Positions 1 through 7,588 of a stretch of DNA of 32,000 nt are shown here, one piece after another. Location: the NCBI RefSeq assembly GCF_029504745.1, contig NZ_JAQFIQ010000011.1:1-32000 (forward strand), read 5' to 3'. The first letter of the stretch is position 1. Every line of letters starts with the position of its first letter. Below the pieces are notes generated by a model. It was not told where the DNA came from, made no database searches, and worked only from the letters and a program-made list of their open reading frames with translations. The position numbers were made by a program, and so were the translations under genes. This stretch comes from Breznakia sp. PF5-3 (lineage in GTDB: Bacteria; Bacillota_I; Bacilli_A; Erysipelotrichales; Erysipelotrichaceae).

Positions 1-951
1 GTAGCAGAGGTAAAAGGGGATAAAGTAAAACTTGCAAGTTATAGTGATTATGGGTATAGTAAACATGGAGAAGGACACTATTACAATGGAGAGCACAAAG
101 AAGAAACAGGGCTAATATATTTAAGAGCTCGATATTATGATCCAAGTATAGGAAACTTCATACAGATAGATAACAACTATGCAGGAGAGAAGGAAGATGT
201 AGGAACACAGAATCGGTATAACTACACCTTATCTAACCCGTATAAGTATGTGGATAGGGATGGGAATAAGGCAAAGAAACCGAAAAAAACTGCAAAGAAG
301 CCAAATATTGCATCTTCTTTAGTAAAAGGAACTACCAATATAATAAATAAAGCAAATAATGCAGCAAAAGATGGTAAGAAAAAAGACCCTCCAAAGACGT
401 TTGATACAACCATCGGAACTCAATTTGATCCAAGTATATTGGGTACTGTTGGTGGATTAGTTATTGGTTGGATAAACCCATTTGCACTTATAATTACAGC
501 TGCAGTGATGGTAGCGTGTGTTGGGTTTGCAGGAAGTTTTCAAGATGCATCTAGGGCAACAGAATCCGTATATCCACCACATTCCCAAGATGGTGCTATA
601 CAAAATCGAGATCTTGGAAACTATAATATAATCAAGAATAAGTTGAAAGATATTGCAGGCAAGTTTGATACTTTTAAATGTGTAGAGGCTACTAAGGCGA
701 TGGTCAGTTATTTAAAGAATAATAAAATTAAGTATGAATTGATTACTATAGATTTTTCTGATAAAGGATTTATTTGGAGTGACATAAAGAAAATAAGTAT
801 TAGTGAAAATGGGCATCATGAGGGGATTGTCATTGATGAATATTCAGCATTTTGCAATGTACACCCATATGGATTGCCAGTAAAAAATTGGATTAGAGAT
901 TTTCATGGACAAGGAATAAAAACAGTTAATCCAGCAAAATACAAAGATTAG
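1..951 (+). CDS. RHS/YD-repeat polymorphic toxin, C-terminal end with variable toxin tip (5' part lies outside the window)
   Basis: Frame 1 is open from base 1 and runs into tracked ORF 250..951. Translation reads ...GLIYLRARYYDPSIGNFIQIDNNYAG...NRYNYTLSNPYKYVDRDG, the canonical end of an RHS core. It is followed by a Lys-rich linker, one hydrophobic helix (ILGTVGGLVIGWINPFALIITAAVMVACVGFAG) and a ~130-aa Cys/His-containing tip. Confidence 0.85.
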   Translation, partial: VAEVKGDKVKLASYSDYGYSKHGEGHYYNGEHKEETGLIYLRARYYDPSIGNFIQIDNNYAGEKEDVGTQNRYNYTLSNPYKYVDRDGNKAKKPKKTAKKPNIASSLVKGTTNIINKANNAAKDGKKKDPPKTFDTTIGTQFDPSILGTVGGLVIGWINPFALIITAAVMVACVGFAGSFQDASRATESVYPPHSQDGAIQNRDLGNYNIIKNKLKDIAGKFDTFKCVEATKAMVSYLKNNKIKYELITIDFSDKGFIWSDIKKISISENGHHEGIVIDEYSAFCNVHPYGLPVKNWIRDFHGQGIKTVNPAKYKD

Positions 952-964
952 AAAGGAAGATTTT

Positions 965-1669
965 ATGAACACAGAAAATAAAGAATTGATTAAACTACTA
1001 GAAATCAAAAGTAACTATTCTTCAGCATTTGATTATAATATTAAAAATATATCGGCATATCTCTCTGGTTATAATTATAGCCAAAGAGAAGCAGGATATA
1101 TTCCTGTTGATCCATTCTCAAAGAATCTATTTTTTAATAGATTGGATTCTTATATACGTAATTATTATCATATAAATATGACTGCAAGTATGTATAGTAT
1201 TATAAATTTTTTTACAGAGAACAATGAAGATGCATTCCATAATTTTTATGAAGCTATTGACATAGTTTTAAACCAGTCTTTAGAGTCATATGTACAATCT
1301 ATAAAAGATAATGCTGCATATGTGCTTGTGTTTCCTAATAAATCTGATAAAGTAGATTTAAATAGATTAGTAGATTTATTACAAAAGATAAAAGAAAGAC
1401 CAGGTATGTATTTAGGTGAAAAATCACTTACAAAATTGAGTTGGTTTTTGACAGGGTATCTTGTTAGTGAAGCAGAAGTTTATGAGAATATGAAACCTAA
1501 CTATATAGTTGGTTCTTTTGAACAATATCTAAATAAAGAATATGGATATTGTAATAAGAAGTGGAATAAAATATTAGATTTTCATCAAATAACAGAGGCA
1601 AATAAATTTGATACATTTTTCAATGAATTATCGAAATATAAAGAATTGTTAAAAAAATCAGCTAAATAA
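965..1669 (+). CDS. putative cognate immunity protein of the RHS toxin tip (family not recognised)
   Basis: 234-aa ORF starting 14 nt after the toxin stop, with RBS AAAGGAAG upstream of the ATG. No signal peptide or TM segment. Toxin-then-immunity order is typical of RHS loci; the function is inferred from position only. Confidence 0.6.
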   Translation: MNTENKELIKLLEIKSNYSSAFDYNIKNISAYLSGYNYSQREAGYIPVDPFSKNLFFNRLDSYIRNYYHINMTASMYSIINFFTENNEDAFHNFYEAIDIVLNQSLESYVQSIKDNAAYVLVFPNKSDKVDLNRLVDLLQKIKERPGMYLGEKSLTKLSWFLTGYLVSEAEVYENMKPNYIVGSFEQYLNKEYGYCNKKWNKILDFHQITEANKFDTFFNELSKYKELLKKSAK

Positions 1670-1794
1670 TTAAACTGAAATTTATGTAGATAGAATTATA
1701 AAGTGTCTATTTTTGAAAATACAAACTTAGGCACTTTTCTTAAATTGAAATTTCAATCATAAGACGTTTTGCTAAATAAAATTCTATCTCATAA

Positions 1795-2184
1795 AGAAGT
1801 GTAGTATCTATTTATGGATATGACAACAATGGAAACGTAATCAAAAAGGATACAACGAAGAACGGAAAAGCAATTCATACAACAAGTAAGAGTTGTGATG
1901 CCAATAACAACCTCGTAAAAGAATATGGAAGTAATGAAGTGTATACGTATGATGAGAATGACCAACTGATACAACTACAAAAGGGAGCATATGTGTATGA
2001 TTACACATATGATGCACAGGGAGAGCGAGTAAAACAAATAAAGAGTGATATTAGAGAGTGTCCAATGACATTATGGTATGACTATACACTATCATTAGAA
2101 TTTGATGATGTGAGTGAAAAAGAAGTAGAAGATAGCTTTGATATCTTAAGAGATCAAGTAAGAAAGAAAAAAGCGAAGAGATAG
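1795..2184 (+). pseudogene. orphan RHS YD-repeat fragment without a start codon
   Basis: The frame is open from the stop at 1792-1794. It reads RSVVSIYGYDNNGNVIKKDTTKNGKAIH...NNNLVKEYGSNEVYTYDENDQLIQLQKGAYVYDYTYDAQGERV, several YD repeats. There is no RBS or ATG before the repeats, and it ends in three consecutive stop codons (tag tag taa). Confidence 0.6.
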
Positions 2185-2191
2185 TAGTAAA

Positions 2192-2452
2192 AAAAATGTA
2201 TAAAAAATATGATTTTTACTATTTTGCATAAAAAAACAATTTACTTTATACTTTAAACCATAATCAAGCAGACACATCTGTAAAGAAGATAATAGAATGA
2301 ATAAAATAAAAATAGCCTATACTGGACTTGATTGACCAGTTGTAGGCTGCTTTTAATATATTAAATCGTAATTCGAACGGACTTCGGCAGACGAAAACAG
2401 CGCTCTGGGGGAAGAGTGCTTAGGCTCAGCAATTTCTAATTAATGATTGTCT
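2192..2452. repeat. left copy of long inverted repeat (core 2241..2446)
   Basis: 2241..2446 is the reverse complement of 4755..4960 with no indels (paired coordinates sum to 7201); I count 7 mismatches in 206 nt. Weaker similarity with indels extends out to about 2192 and in to about 2452. Confidence 0.9.
2300..2348 (-). terminator. intrinsic terminator of the minus-strand cassette operon (lies inside the left repeat)
   Basis: On the minus strand: stem AGCCTAcaACTGG, loop tcaatcaagt, stem CCAGTaTAGGCT, then ATTTTTATTTTATT. It lies about 90 nt downstream of the stop of the 2440..2916 gene. The mirrored copy is at 4853..4901 on the plus strand. Confidence 0.6.
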
Positions 2453-2916
2453 AACTCTAAAAAACCATGCCAGCTTAATATAACGAAAAGAAAACCAATA
2501 ATCATATACATGATTGTAAGAATCAATAGAAATACAAAATATATCGAGAATAAAAATAGTAGGTATTGTACCGATATTAAAAAGACTTGTATCAATAAAA
2601 AACTGTAATAAGTATTAATCAAACTAGTGCCTTCGGTAATAAATATTCCCTTTGTTTTTCTCTGAACGCTTAACTTTTTTAGCATTTTCTTAAAATCTAT
2701 ATTTTCCATGCCAAAAAGAAAAAAAGTAGATAAAATACTAATAGCATTTAAAATTTCTAAATAATTATCAGTAATGTTTTTTATAATAGCATCATTTTTA
2801 ATTAAGAAAAAAATAACAAAAATAAGAATACTGATTATCCACGGAATAAAATGAATGCTTTTATAAGATTCTGTAAATATTTGTCTTATTTTCTTTAGTG
2901 TGCTAAAGACCAGCAT
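2440..2916 (-). CDS. small multi-pass membrane protein (about 4 TM helices), third gene of cassette
   Basis: 158 aa with hydrophobic stretches FIPWIISILIFVIFFLI, ILNAISILSTFFLFG, YYSFLLIQVFLISVQYLLFLFSIYFVFLLILTIMYMIIGFLFVILSW. The RBS AGGAGG overlaps the TAG stop of the upstream gene, which suggests translational coupling. Confidence 0.8.
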   Translation of the reverse strand: MLVFSTLKKIRQIFTESYKSIHFIPWIISILIFVIFFLIKNDAIIKNITDNYLEILNAISILSTFFLFGMENIDFKKMLKKLSVQRKTKGIFITEGTSLINTYYSFLLIQVFLISVQYLLFLFSIYFVFLLILTIMYMIIGFLFVILSWHGFLELDNH

Positions 2917-2926
2917 AATAAACCTC

Positions 2927-3694
2927 CTAAATATTCTTCTTTAATTCCATTACCAAATGAACTAAAGATAATTCTTTTCTAGTTGTATAATCTTTATAAG
3001 AATCAGCAGAAAAAATTTCGATTTTTTTAGCAAAAAAACCATCTTGATAAGCGATAGCTTTGCCATTCTTATCGATACCATCAAATGAATATTTAACTAA
3101 TGGATTATCCCTTGTGGATAGGAGGAAGGATTCTAAATCTTTATGTCTTCCAAATTTCTTTTCTCGAAAGTAATAGACGTGTTCCTCTTTATCTCGAACT
3201 AACTCAGAAAATATCTCTTGAACCTTAATAGGCAATGGTTCTTCTTCTCTTTTTTCAAATAATTGTATTTGATTTTTATTAGTACCTTTATATTTAGTTA
3301 CCCTTAATTTTGTGACTTCCATAAAATCATCAACGGAAACTAGACTTTTTATCATTTTATCTTTAATATTAAAATAATACTTTAGTATTATTGCAATATT
3401 TTTCTTTGAACCTGTATAAAAACCATCACATTTTATATAATCTAATATAAAAAAGTCACAAATATATGCACTTTTTGCGCCTATTTTTTCCTCAATACCC
3501 ACAATATCATCATTTATAGGAACTCCATATTTTACTACTGCATCATCAAGTCTTGTTATTCTAAAAACAAAAAATTGATTATCATAATCATAGATTTCAA
3601 CAACTTGAAAATCTCCAAAGTCATTCTTTACTAAATCCCTTACTTGTACTAGCTCATTATTATTAGAATCTATATATAGACATTTTAATTCCAT
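2927..3694 (-). CDS. hypothetical cytosolic protein, 255 aa, no family recognised; second gene of cassette
   Basis: I chose the ATG at 3694 (MELKCLYIDS...) over the tracked 3709 because GGGAGG sits 6-8 nt upstream of it. No TM segment and no catalytic motif I can name. Confidence 0.75.
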   Translation of the reverse strand: MELKCLYIDSNNNELVQVRDLVKNDFGDFQVVEIYDYDNQFFVFRITRLDDAVVKYGVPINDDIVGIEEKIGAKSAYICDFFILDYIKCDGFYTGSKKNIAIILKYYFNIKDKMIKSLVSVDDFMEVTKLRVTKYKGTNKNQIQLFEKREEEPLPIKVQEIFSELVRDKEEHVYYFREKKFGRHKDLESFLLSTRDNPLVKYSFDGIDKNGKAIAYQDGFFAKKIEIFSADSYKDYTTRKELSLVHLVMELKKNI

Positions 3695-3836
3695 TTCGCT
3701 TCCTCCCAATGATTATATATAATATATCATAATATTGAAGATAAGAGCTAAAATAAGTTTAACATTACAAACTTACATCATTTATGTTAATATACTAAAT
3801 TATAGTGAAAATATCTTATAATAGACTAATTTTAAG

Positions 3837-4715
3837 TCACCAGTACATTTGATATTTATAGTTAGGCATATATAGCTTATCTCCCTTTTTTAGATTACAA
3901 TTATCGCATAATATTTGGAAATTAGTTGCATCATTTGTTCCCCCTTTTTCTAATGGAATAATGTGCTCTAAATGCAATTCTTTTGATTTAGTAATAGTTA
4001 ATAACCCTGATAATTCTTTTCCACAATGTTGGCATTTTCCGTTATCTCTATAAAGAACACCTTTCTGCAGCCATTTTGATATATATTTTAATCTTTTAAT
4101 ATGCTTATAATTATTAAAACAATCACTGCCTAAATAGTTACTATTTACATATTCAGCTAAATAACTGTTAAATTTAAATAAAAAGTTTTTATTATTAAAC
4201 AATAAATAAAAAACTGAATCTACAATATCCAATTCTATTTTGTCAAAAAATACTAAAATGTCATCAATTAACCATTTTATAAAGCAACGATAATTTTTTT
4301 CATTGCTATAATCTGTAAGCTTGTATTCATTGTCTAGAACCAGAATCTTTTGAATATAATCGTTACTATAAAACACTCCATATTCATCAAGAATGCTTAC
4401 AATACTTGAAATGTGCTCTATCAATATTTTAGCATCTAAGTCATCACAAAGCTCATCTATTAAATAGTATTTTTCATTCATTAAATAAAAATATAAATAT
4501 TGCTCACAAAACGAATGTAGTAATGTATACTTTAATGGCTTTATAGCAACATTATCTATCTCAAATGTTTTTTTAATTATATCTTTAGAATTTAAACTAT
4601 GAATGTAACCTAGCATATCAATTTCTTCAGAAATATTGCTACTATTGAAGCAGTCAATAATATTAGAAGCTAAGCGATAATTAAATTTCATTTGAAGTAC
4701 TTTGAAATTATCCAT
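3837..4715 (-). CDS. HNH endonuclease domain protein with unrecognised ~220-aa N-terminal domain; first gene of cassette
   Basis: The C-terminus reads CQHCGKEL...LHLEHIIPLEKGGTNDATNFQILCDNCNLKKGDK, i.e. CxxC ... H ... N ... CxxC, a zinc-ribbon HNH. RBS AGAGG lies 8 nt before the ATG at 4715. Confidence 0.85.
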   Translation of the reverse strand: MDNFKVLQMKFNYRLASNIIDCFNSSNISEEIDMLGYIHSLNSKDIIKKTFEIDNVAIKPLKYTLLHSFCEQYLYFYLMNEKYYLIDELCDDLDAKILIEHISSIVSILDEYGVFYSNDYIQKILVLDNEYKLTDYSNEKNYRCFIKWLIDDILVFFDKIELDIVDSVFYLLFNNKNFLFKFNSYLAEYVNSNYLGSDCFNNYKHIKRLKYISKWLQKGVLYRDNGKCQHCGKELSGLLTITKSKELHLEHIIPLEKGGTNDATNFQILCDNCNLKKGDKLYMPNYKYQMYW

Positions 4716-4740
4716 TATTAAAGTCCTCTTTTTTATACTA

Positions 4741-4746
4741 ATTATA
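4741..4746 (-). promoter_or_regulatory. candidate -10 box (TATAAT) for the HNH cassette
   Basis: Plus-strand attata equals minus-strand TATAAT, about 25 nt upstream of the ATG and just inside the inner edge of the right repeat. I found no convincing -35. Confidence 0.35.
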
Positions 4747-4749
4747 CTA

Positions 4750-5012
4750 CAAAATCATCAATTAAAAATTGCTGAGCCTAAGCACTCTTCCCCCAGAGCG
4801 CTGTTTTCGTCTGCCGAAGTCCGTTCGAATTACGATTTAATATATTAAAAGCAGTCTACAACTGATTAATCAAGTCCAGTATAGGCTATTTTTATTTTAT
4901 TCATTCTATTATCTTCTTTATAGATGTGTCTGCTTGATTACGGTTTAAAGTATAAAGTAAATTTTTTTTGTAAAATAGTAAAGGTCATATTTTTTTTTAC
5001 ATTTTTAAACAT
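4750..5012. repeat. right copy of long inverted repeat (core 4755..4960)
   Basis: Reverse complement of 2241..2446 (see left copy). Its outer part overlaps the last ~25 codons of the ParB-like orphan ORF. Confidence 0.9.
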
Positions 5013-5387
5013 ATTGTTTAATAAGTTTTGTATTGTTCTTCCATAATTAATAATTTGATTTTCATGAATATATTTAATAGGTATTCTTTCATAACCTAAT
5101 TCTACAAATGCTTTATACCTGGGATGTCTATCCATAATTAGAGCTTGTCCATTGTGTACGCGTACTGGAATTGGATCAACGACATTTGGACCTTTGGTTT
5201 TAATACTTTCTTTTCTACCTTCTATTGTAGACCTATTAGCATGGCTATCTGGTTGTGTTTTATATAATTGTTTAGCATCATATGAAGTACCACTTATTTC
5301 TGTATTCCCTAACCCTTGTCTAAGAAACATTAATCCCAATATTGAAGTAAGAGTAACACCTCCAATTTCTGTTTTACAAACCTTATT
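4938..5387 (-). pseudogene. orphan polymorphic-toxin C-terminal module, ParB/sulfiredoxin-like nuclease fold (possibly degenerate)
   Basis: The stop-to-stop frame opens at 5387 directly after the upstream gene, with no ATG or RBS (the tracked start is a TTG). The segment DPIPVRVHNGQALIMDRHPRYKAFVELGYERIPIKYI resembles the ParB-type core, but DRHPR stands where DGHHR would be expected. Confidence 0.45.
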
Positions 5388-5832
5388 TCATTAATAAATT
5401 AAAACATTTCAACATATCTGATAAATTTTTTAATGATTCCTGTAAAAAGGTTTGATCAGTCTTAAACTTAAAAGAAAGGTTTAGTTGGTTTTCACTATAT
5501 TCTGAATAGTCTATTTCCACTTCTGCATGACCTTGCCCAATCATTTTAATGTTAATTTTCAAGTTGTCATCATATTCAGGGATATAGGAAGCTTCTCCAC
5601 ACAAGGTGTTATAAATTTGTTTTAGATTATCGTGAAAATTTTCAATTATTATTGTAGAAGAATAGAAATTGTTTTCACAGAATGTTAATCCGTTATATTT
5701 GATATAAAGTGCACCTCTAAGAGAAAATCCTCCATTCCAATTTTGAGATTCAGAGAAAATTTCATGTATAGTTAATTTTATATATCCTTTATTTCCTTTT
5801 AATTCAAAGGATTGTGGTTTTTCTAAAATCAT
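5383..5832 (-). CDS. hypothetical small cytosolic protein, immunity-like by context
   Basis: 149 aa, RBS GGGAGCG before the ATG at 5832, no TM segment. It sits immediately upstream of the orphan toxin tip, as orphan immunity genes do in rhs arrays. Confidence 0.6.
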   Translation of the reverse strand: MILEKPQSFELKGNKGYIKLTIHEIFSESQNWNGGFSLRGALYIKYNGLTFCENNFYSSTIIIENFHDNLKQIYNTLCGEASYIPEYDDNLKINIKMIGQGHAEVEIDYSEYSENQLNLSFKFKTDQTFLQESLKNLSDMLKCFNLLMK

Positions 5833-6004
5833 ATTATCGCTCCCATGATTACAGTATATATTCCTAAATTACTTTGAATTCATTTAAAATGATAGTATAG
5901 TCGATTCTAAGTTTTTTAAGTAATGTGATATACTAATTCTAATAAATATTATATGCAAAATATAAAAAACTCTCAATGTTTATATTTTATATAGGAGGGG
6001 AATA

Positions 6005-6508
6005 ATGTTTGAAATTAATGTGAAAAATTTAAGCTGGATTAGAGGAGCGCAAGATAATCCTAATGATCTATGTGCACATGGAACAGTGACAGCAATTATA
6101 GGCAATGAAACTTTTTCTTACAATGCAACAGTAAGTTCCACAGCATTATCTTTGTTAAGGACACTAAAAAACAATCATATAATTGGTAAAGAACATAATC
6201 AAATGCTGCCATGCTGTGGACATAGTTTTTTTCAAAATGAGGAGCAAACAAAGGCTGTAATTATTGGATGTAATAATGGAATAGACTGGAGTGTTCTTCA
6301 TGAAGATGAAGAAATAAAGATAGTAACTGAGTCAAATAAAGTTACATATGTAACTTTTAATGTTTATAAAGAAGTAGTTTTTAAGTTTGCGGATGAAGTG
6401 AAATCAATATATGATAATTCATCTGCTAAAATATTACCAAATGATACTTACCTTAAGGATGGGTACTTATTATTTTGGGAAGAGTGGAATGCGTTGCGGA
6501 ATTTATAG
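6005..6508 (+). CDS. hypothetical protein, immunity-like orphan
   Basis: 167 aa with a strong RBS (AGGAGGGG). Cytosolic, no recognisable catalytic motif; located in the toxin locus. Confidence 0.65.
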   Translation: MFEINVKNLSWIRGAQDNPNDLCAHGTVTAIIGNETFSYNATVSSTALSLLRTLKNNHIIGKEHNQMLPCCGHSFFQNEEQTKAVIIGCNNGIDWSVLHEDEEIKIVTESNKVTYVTFNVYKEVVFKFADEVKSIYDNSSAKILPNDTYLKDGYLLFWEEWNALRNL

Positions 6509-6528
6509 ATTTTAATAGGAGAAAAAGA

Positions 6529-7566
6529 ATGTTTAAAAATACAATTGATTTAGAAAAATTGAATATTTTTTATACTGCATTTCCAATGTCTTTAAAAAAT
6601 GATGTGGAAATAGTTTTGAAGAAAATATCTAAGACAGTAAAAAATCAAAAAAATATATATTTAGATAATTATATTCGATACAGATATCTTAATGAAGATA
6701 TTTATATTCCATATAGAATTTGTTTTAGTGAAATCCCAACAAAAAAAATAAAAAAACTAACATCAACGCAAAAGATGATATTGTTTTGCATTTACTCTAG
6801 ACATCATAATGGGTATGTTAGAGAAAAATATATTAATAATATATTAGATACAAATTTTTCAGATTGGTGCATTCCGTATATTTTAAAGATAATAGACGAA
6901 TATGTATATCCTATTATAGTTCAAATTAATGATAAATTAAATATTGAAAATGAAGAAAGAATCAAGAAAATATGTATGCAAAACACTAATGAAATGTGTT
7001 TAAGTTTTAATCGAATGATAAGCTATTGGAATGAATTTTATAGGGAACAATTTTCTAATATAAATGATTATGCAGGTTTCAAATTATTTTGTCGAATAGG
7101 CTACAACAAAACTATTGTTAATGAGCATTTTGAGCAATTGCATTATAGTAAACAAATTTTAGATAACGAAATTGAGCGATTAAAAATTGTTATTGTTGGT
7201 AGGGGATATATCGATATGATTACTCCCTATAGTGTAATAAAAGATTTTATAAATGTTTTAAATAATTTGAATATTCGGATTGATGGATTTACTTGGTGGT
7301 GTCATGCAAAAGATGAGCATAAAGCTTGTGGTTTTGGAGGACCACCAGATTATGATGGAAAAGGGTATTATTCGGAAATTCAAATGGGAAGTGTAATGGA
7401 ATTATGTAATGAATTTGATGTATTAAAATGTAACAATACATATTTAAATTTCTTTTTGAATGAATACCCTTATAGGAATGATTATAAAAAATGTTATGTT
7501 CCAGGATTTTGGATTGACATTCCTAATAGTTGGAAAAATATTACAGGTAACAAAAAAACACATTGA
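6529..7566 (+). CDS. hypothetical protein (345 aa), probably two immunity-type domains
   Basis: I prefer the ATG at 6529 (MFKNTIDLEK...), which is preceded by TAGGAG, over the tracked 6475 start that overlaps the previous gene. The C-terminal part is Cys/Trp/His-rich (WWCHAKDEHKACGFGGPPDYDGKGYY). Confidence 0.65.
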   Translation: MFKNTIDLEKLNIFYTAFPMSLKNDVEIVLKKISKTVKNQKNIYLDNYIRYRYLNEDIYIPYRICFSEIPTKKIKKLTSTQKMILFCIYSRHHNGYVREKYINNILDTNFSDWCIPYILKIIDEYVYPIIVQINDKLNIENEERIKKICMQNTNEMCLSFNRMISYWNEFYREQFSNINDYAGFKLFCRIGYNKTIVNEHFEQLHYSKQILDNEIERLKIVIVGRGYIDMITPYSVIKDFINVLNNLNIRIDGFTWWCHAKDEHKACGFGGPPDYDGKGYYSEIQMGSVMELCNEFDVLKCNNTYLNFFLNEYPYRNDYKKCYVPGFWIDIPNSWKNITGNKKTH

Positions 7567-7588
7567 ATTATATCAATGTGTCTTTTAA
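7558..7588 (+). terminator. intrinsic terminator between convergent genes
   Basis: ACACATTGA-attata-TCAATGTGT followed by CTTTTAAT. The stem includes the TGA stop of 6529..7566. Confidence 0.55.

Noticed and set aside
2192-5012. Repeat-flanked HNH cassette read as a group I/II intron, an IscB/HEARO-type element or an IS
   Set aside because: There is no reverse transcriptase, RuvC or transposase domain, no domain V-like or other intron core sequence that I could recognise, no interrupted host gene restored by excision, and no target-site duplication at the repeat ends.
6475-6528. Upstream start for the 6475..7566 ORF, and likewise the long starts at 8076, 8210, 3709, 20229, 21754, 28355, 29543 and 29746
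   Set aside because: In each case an internal ATG has a proper Shine-Dalgarno at 5-9 nt and avoids overlap with the neighbouring gene, while the tracked first start overlaps the RBS or the previous gene.
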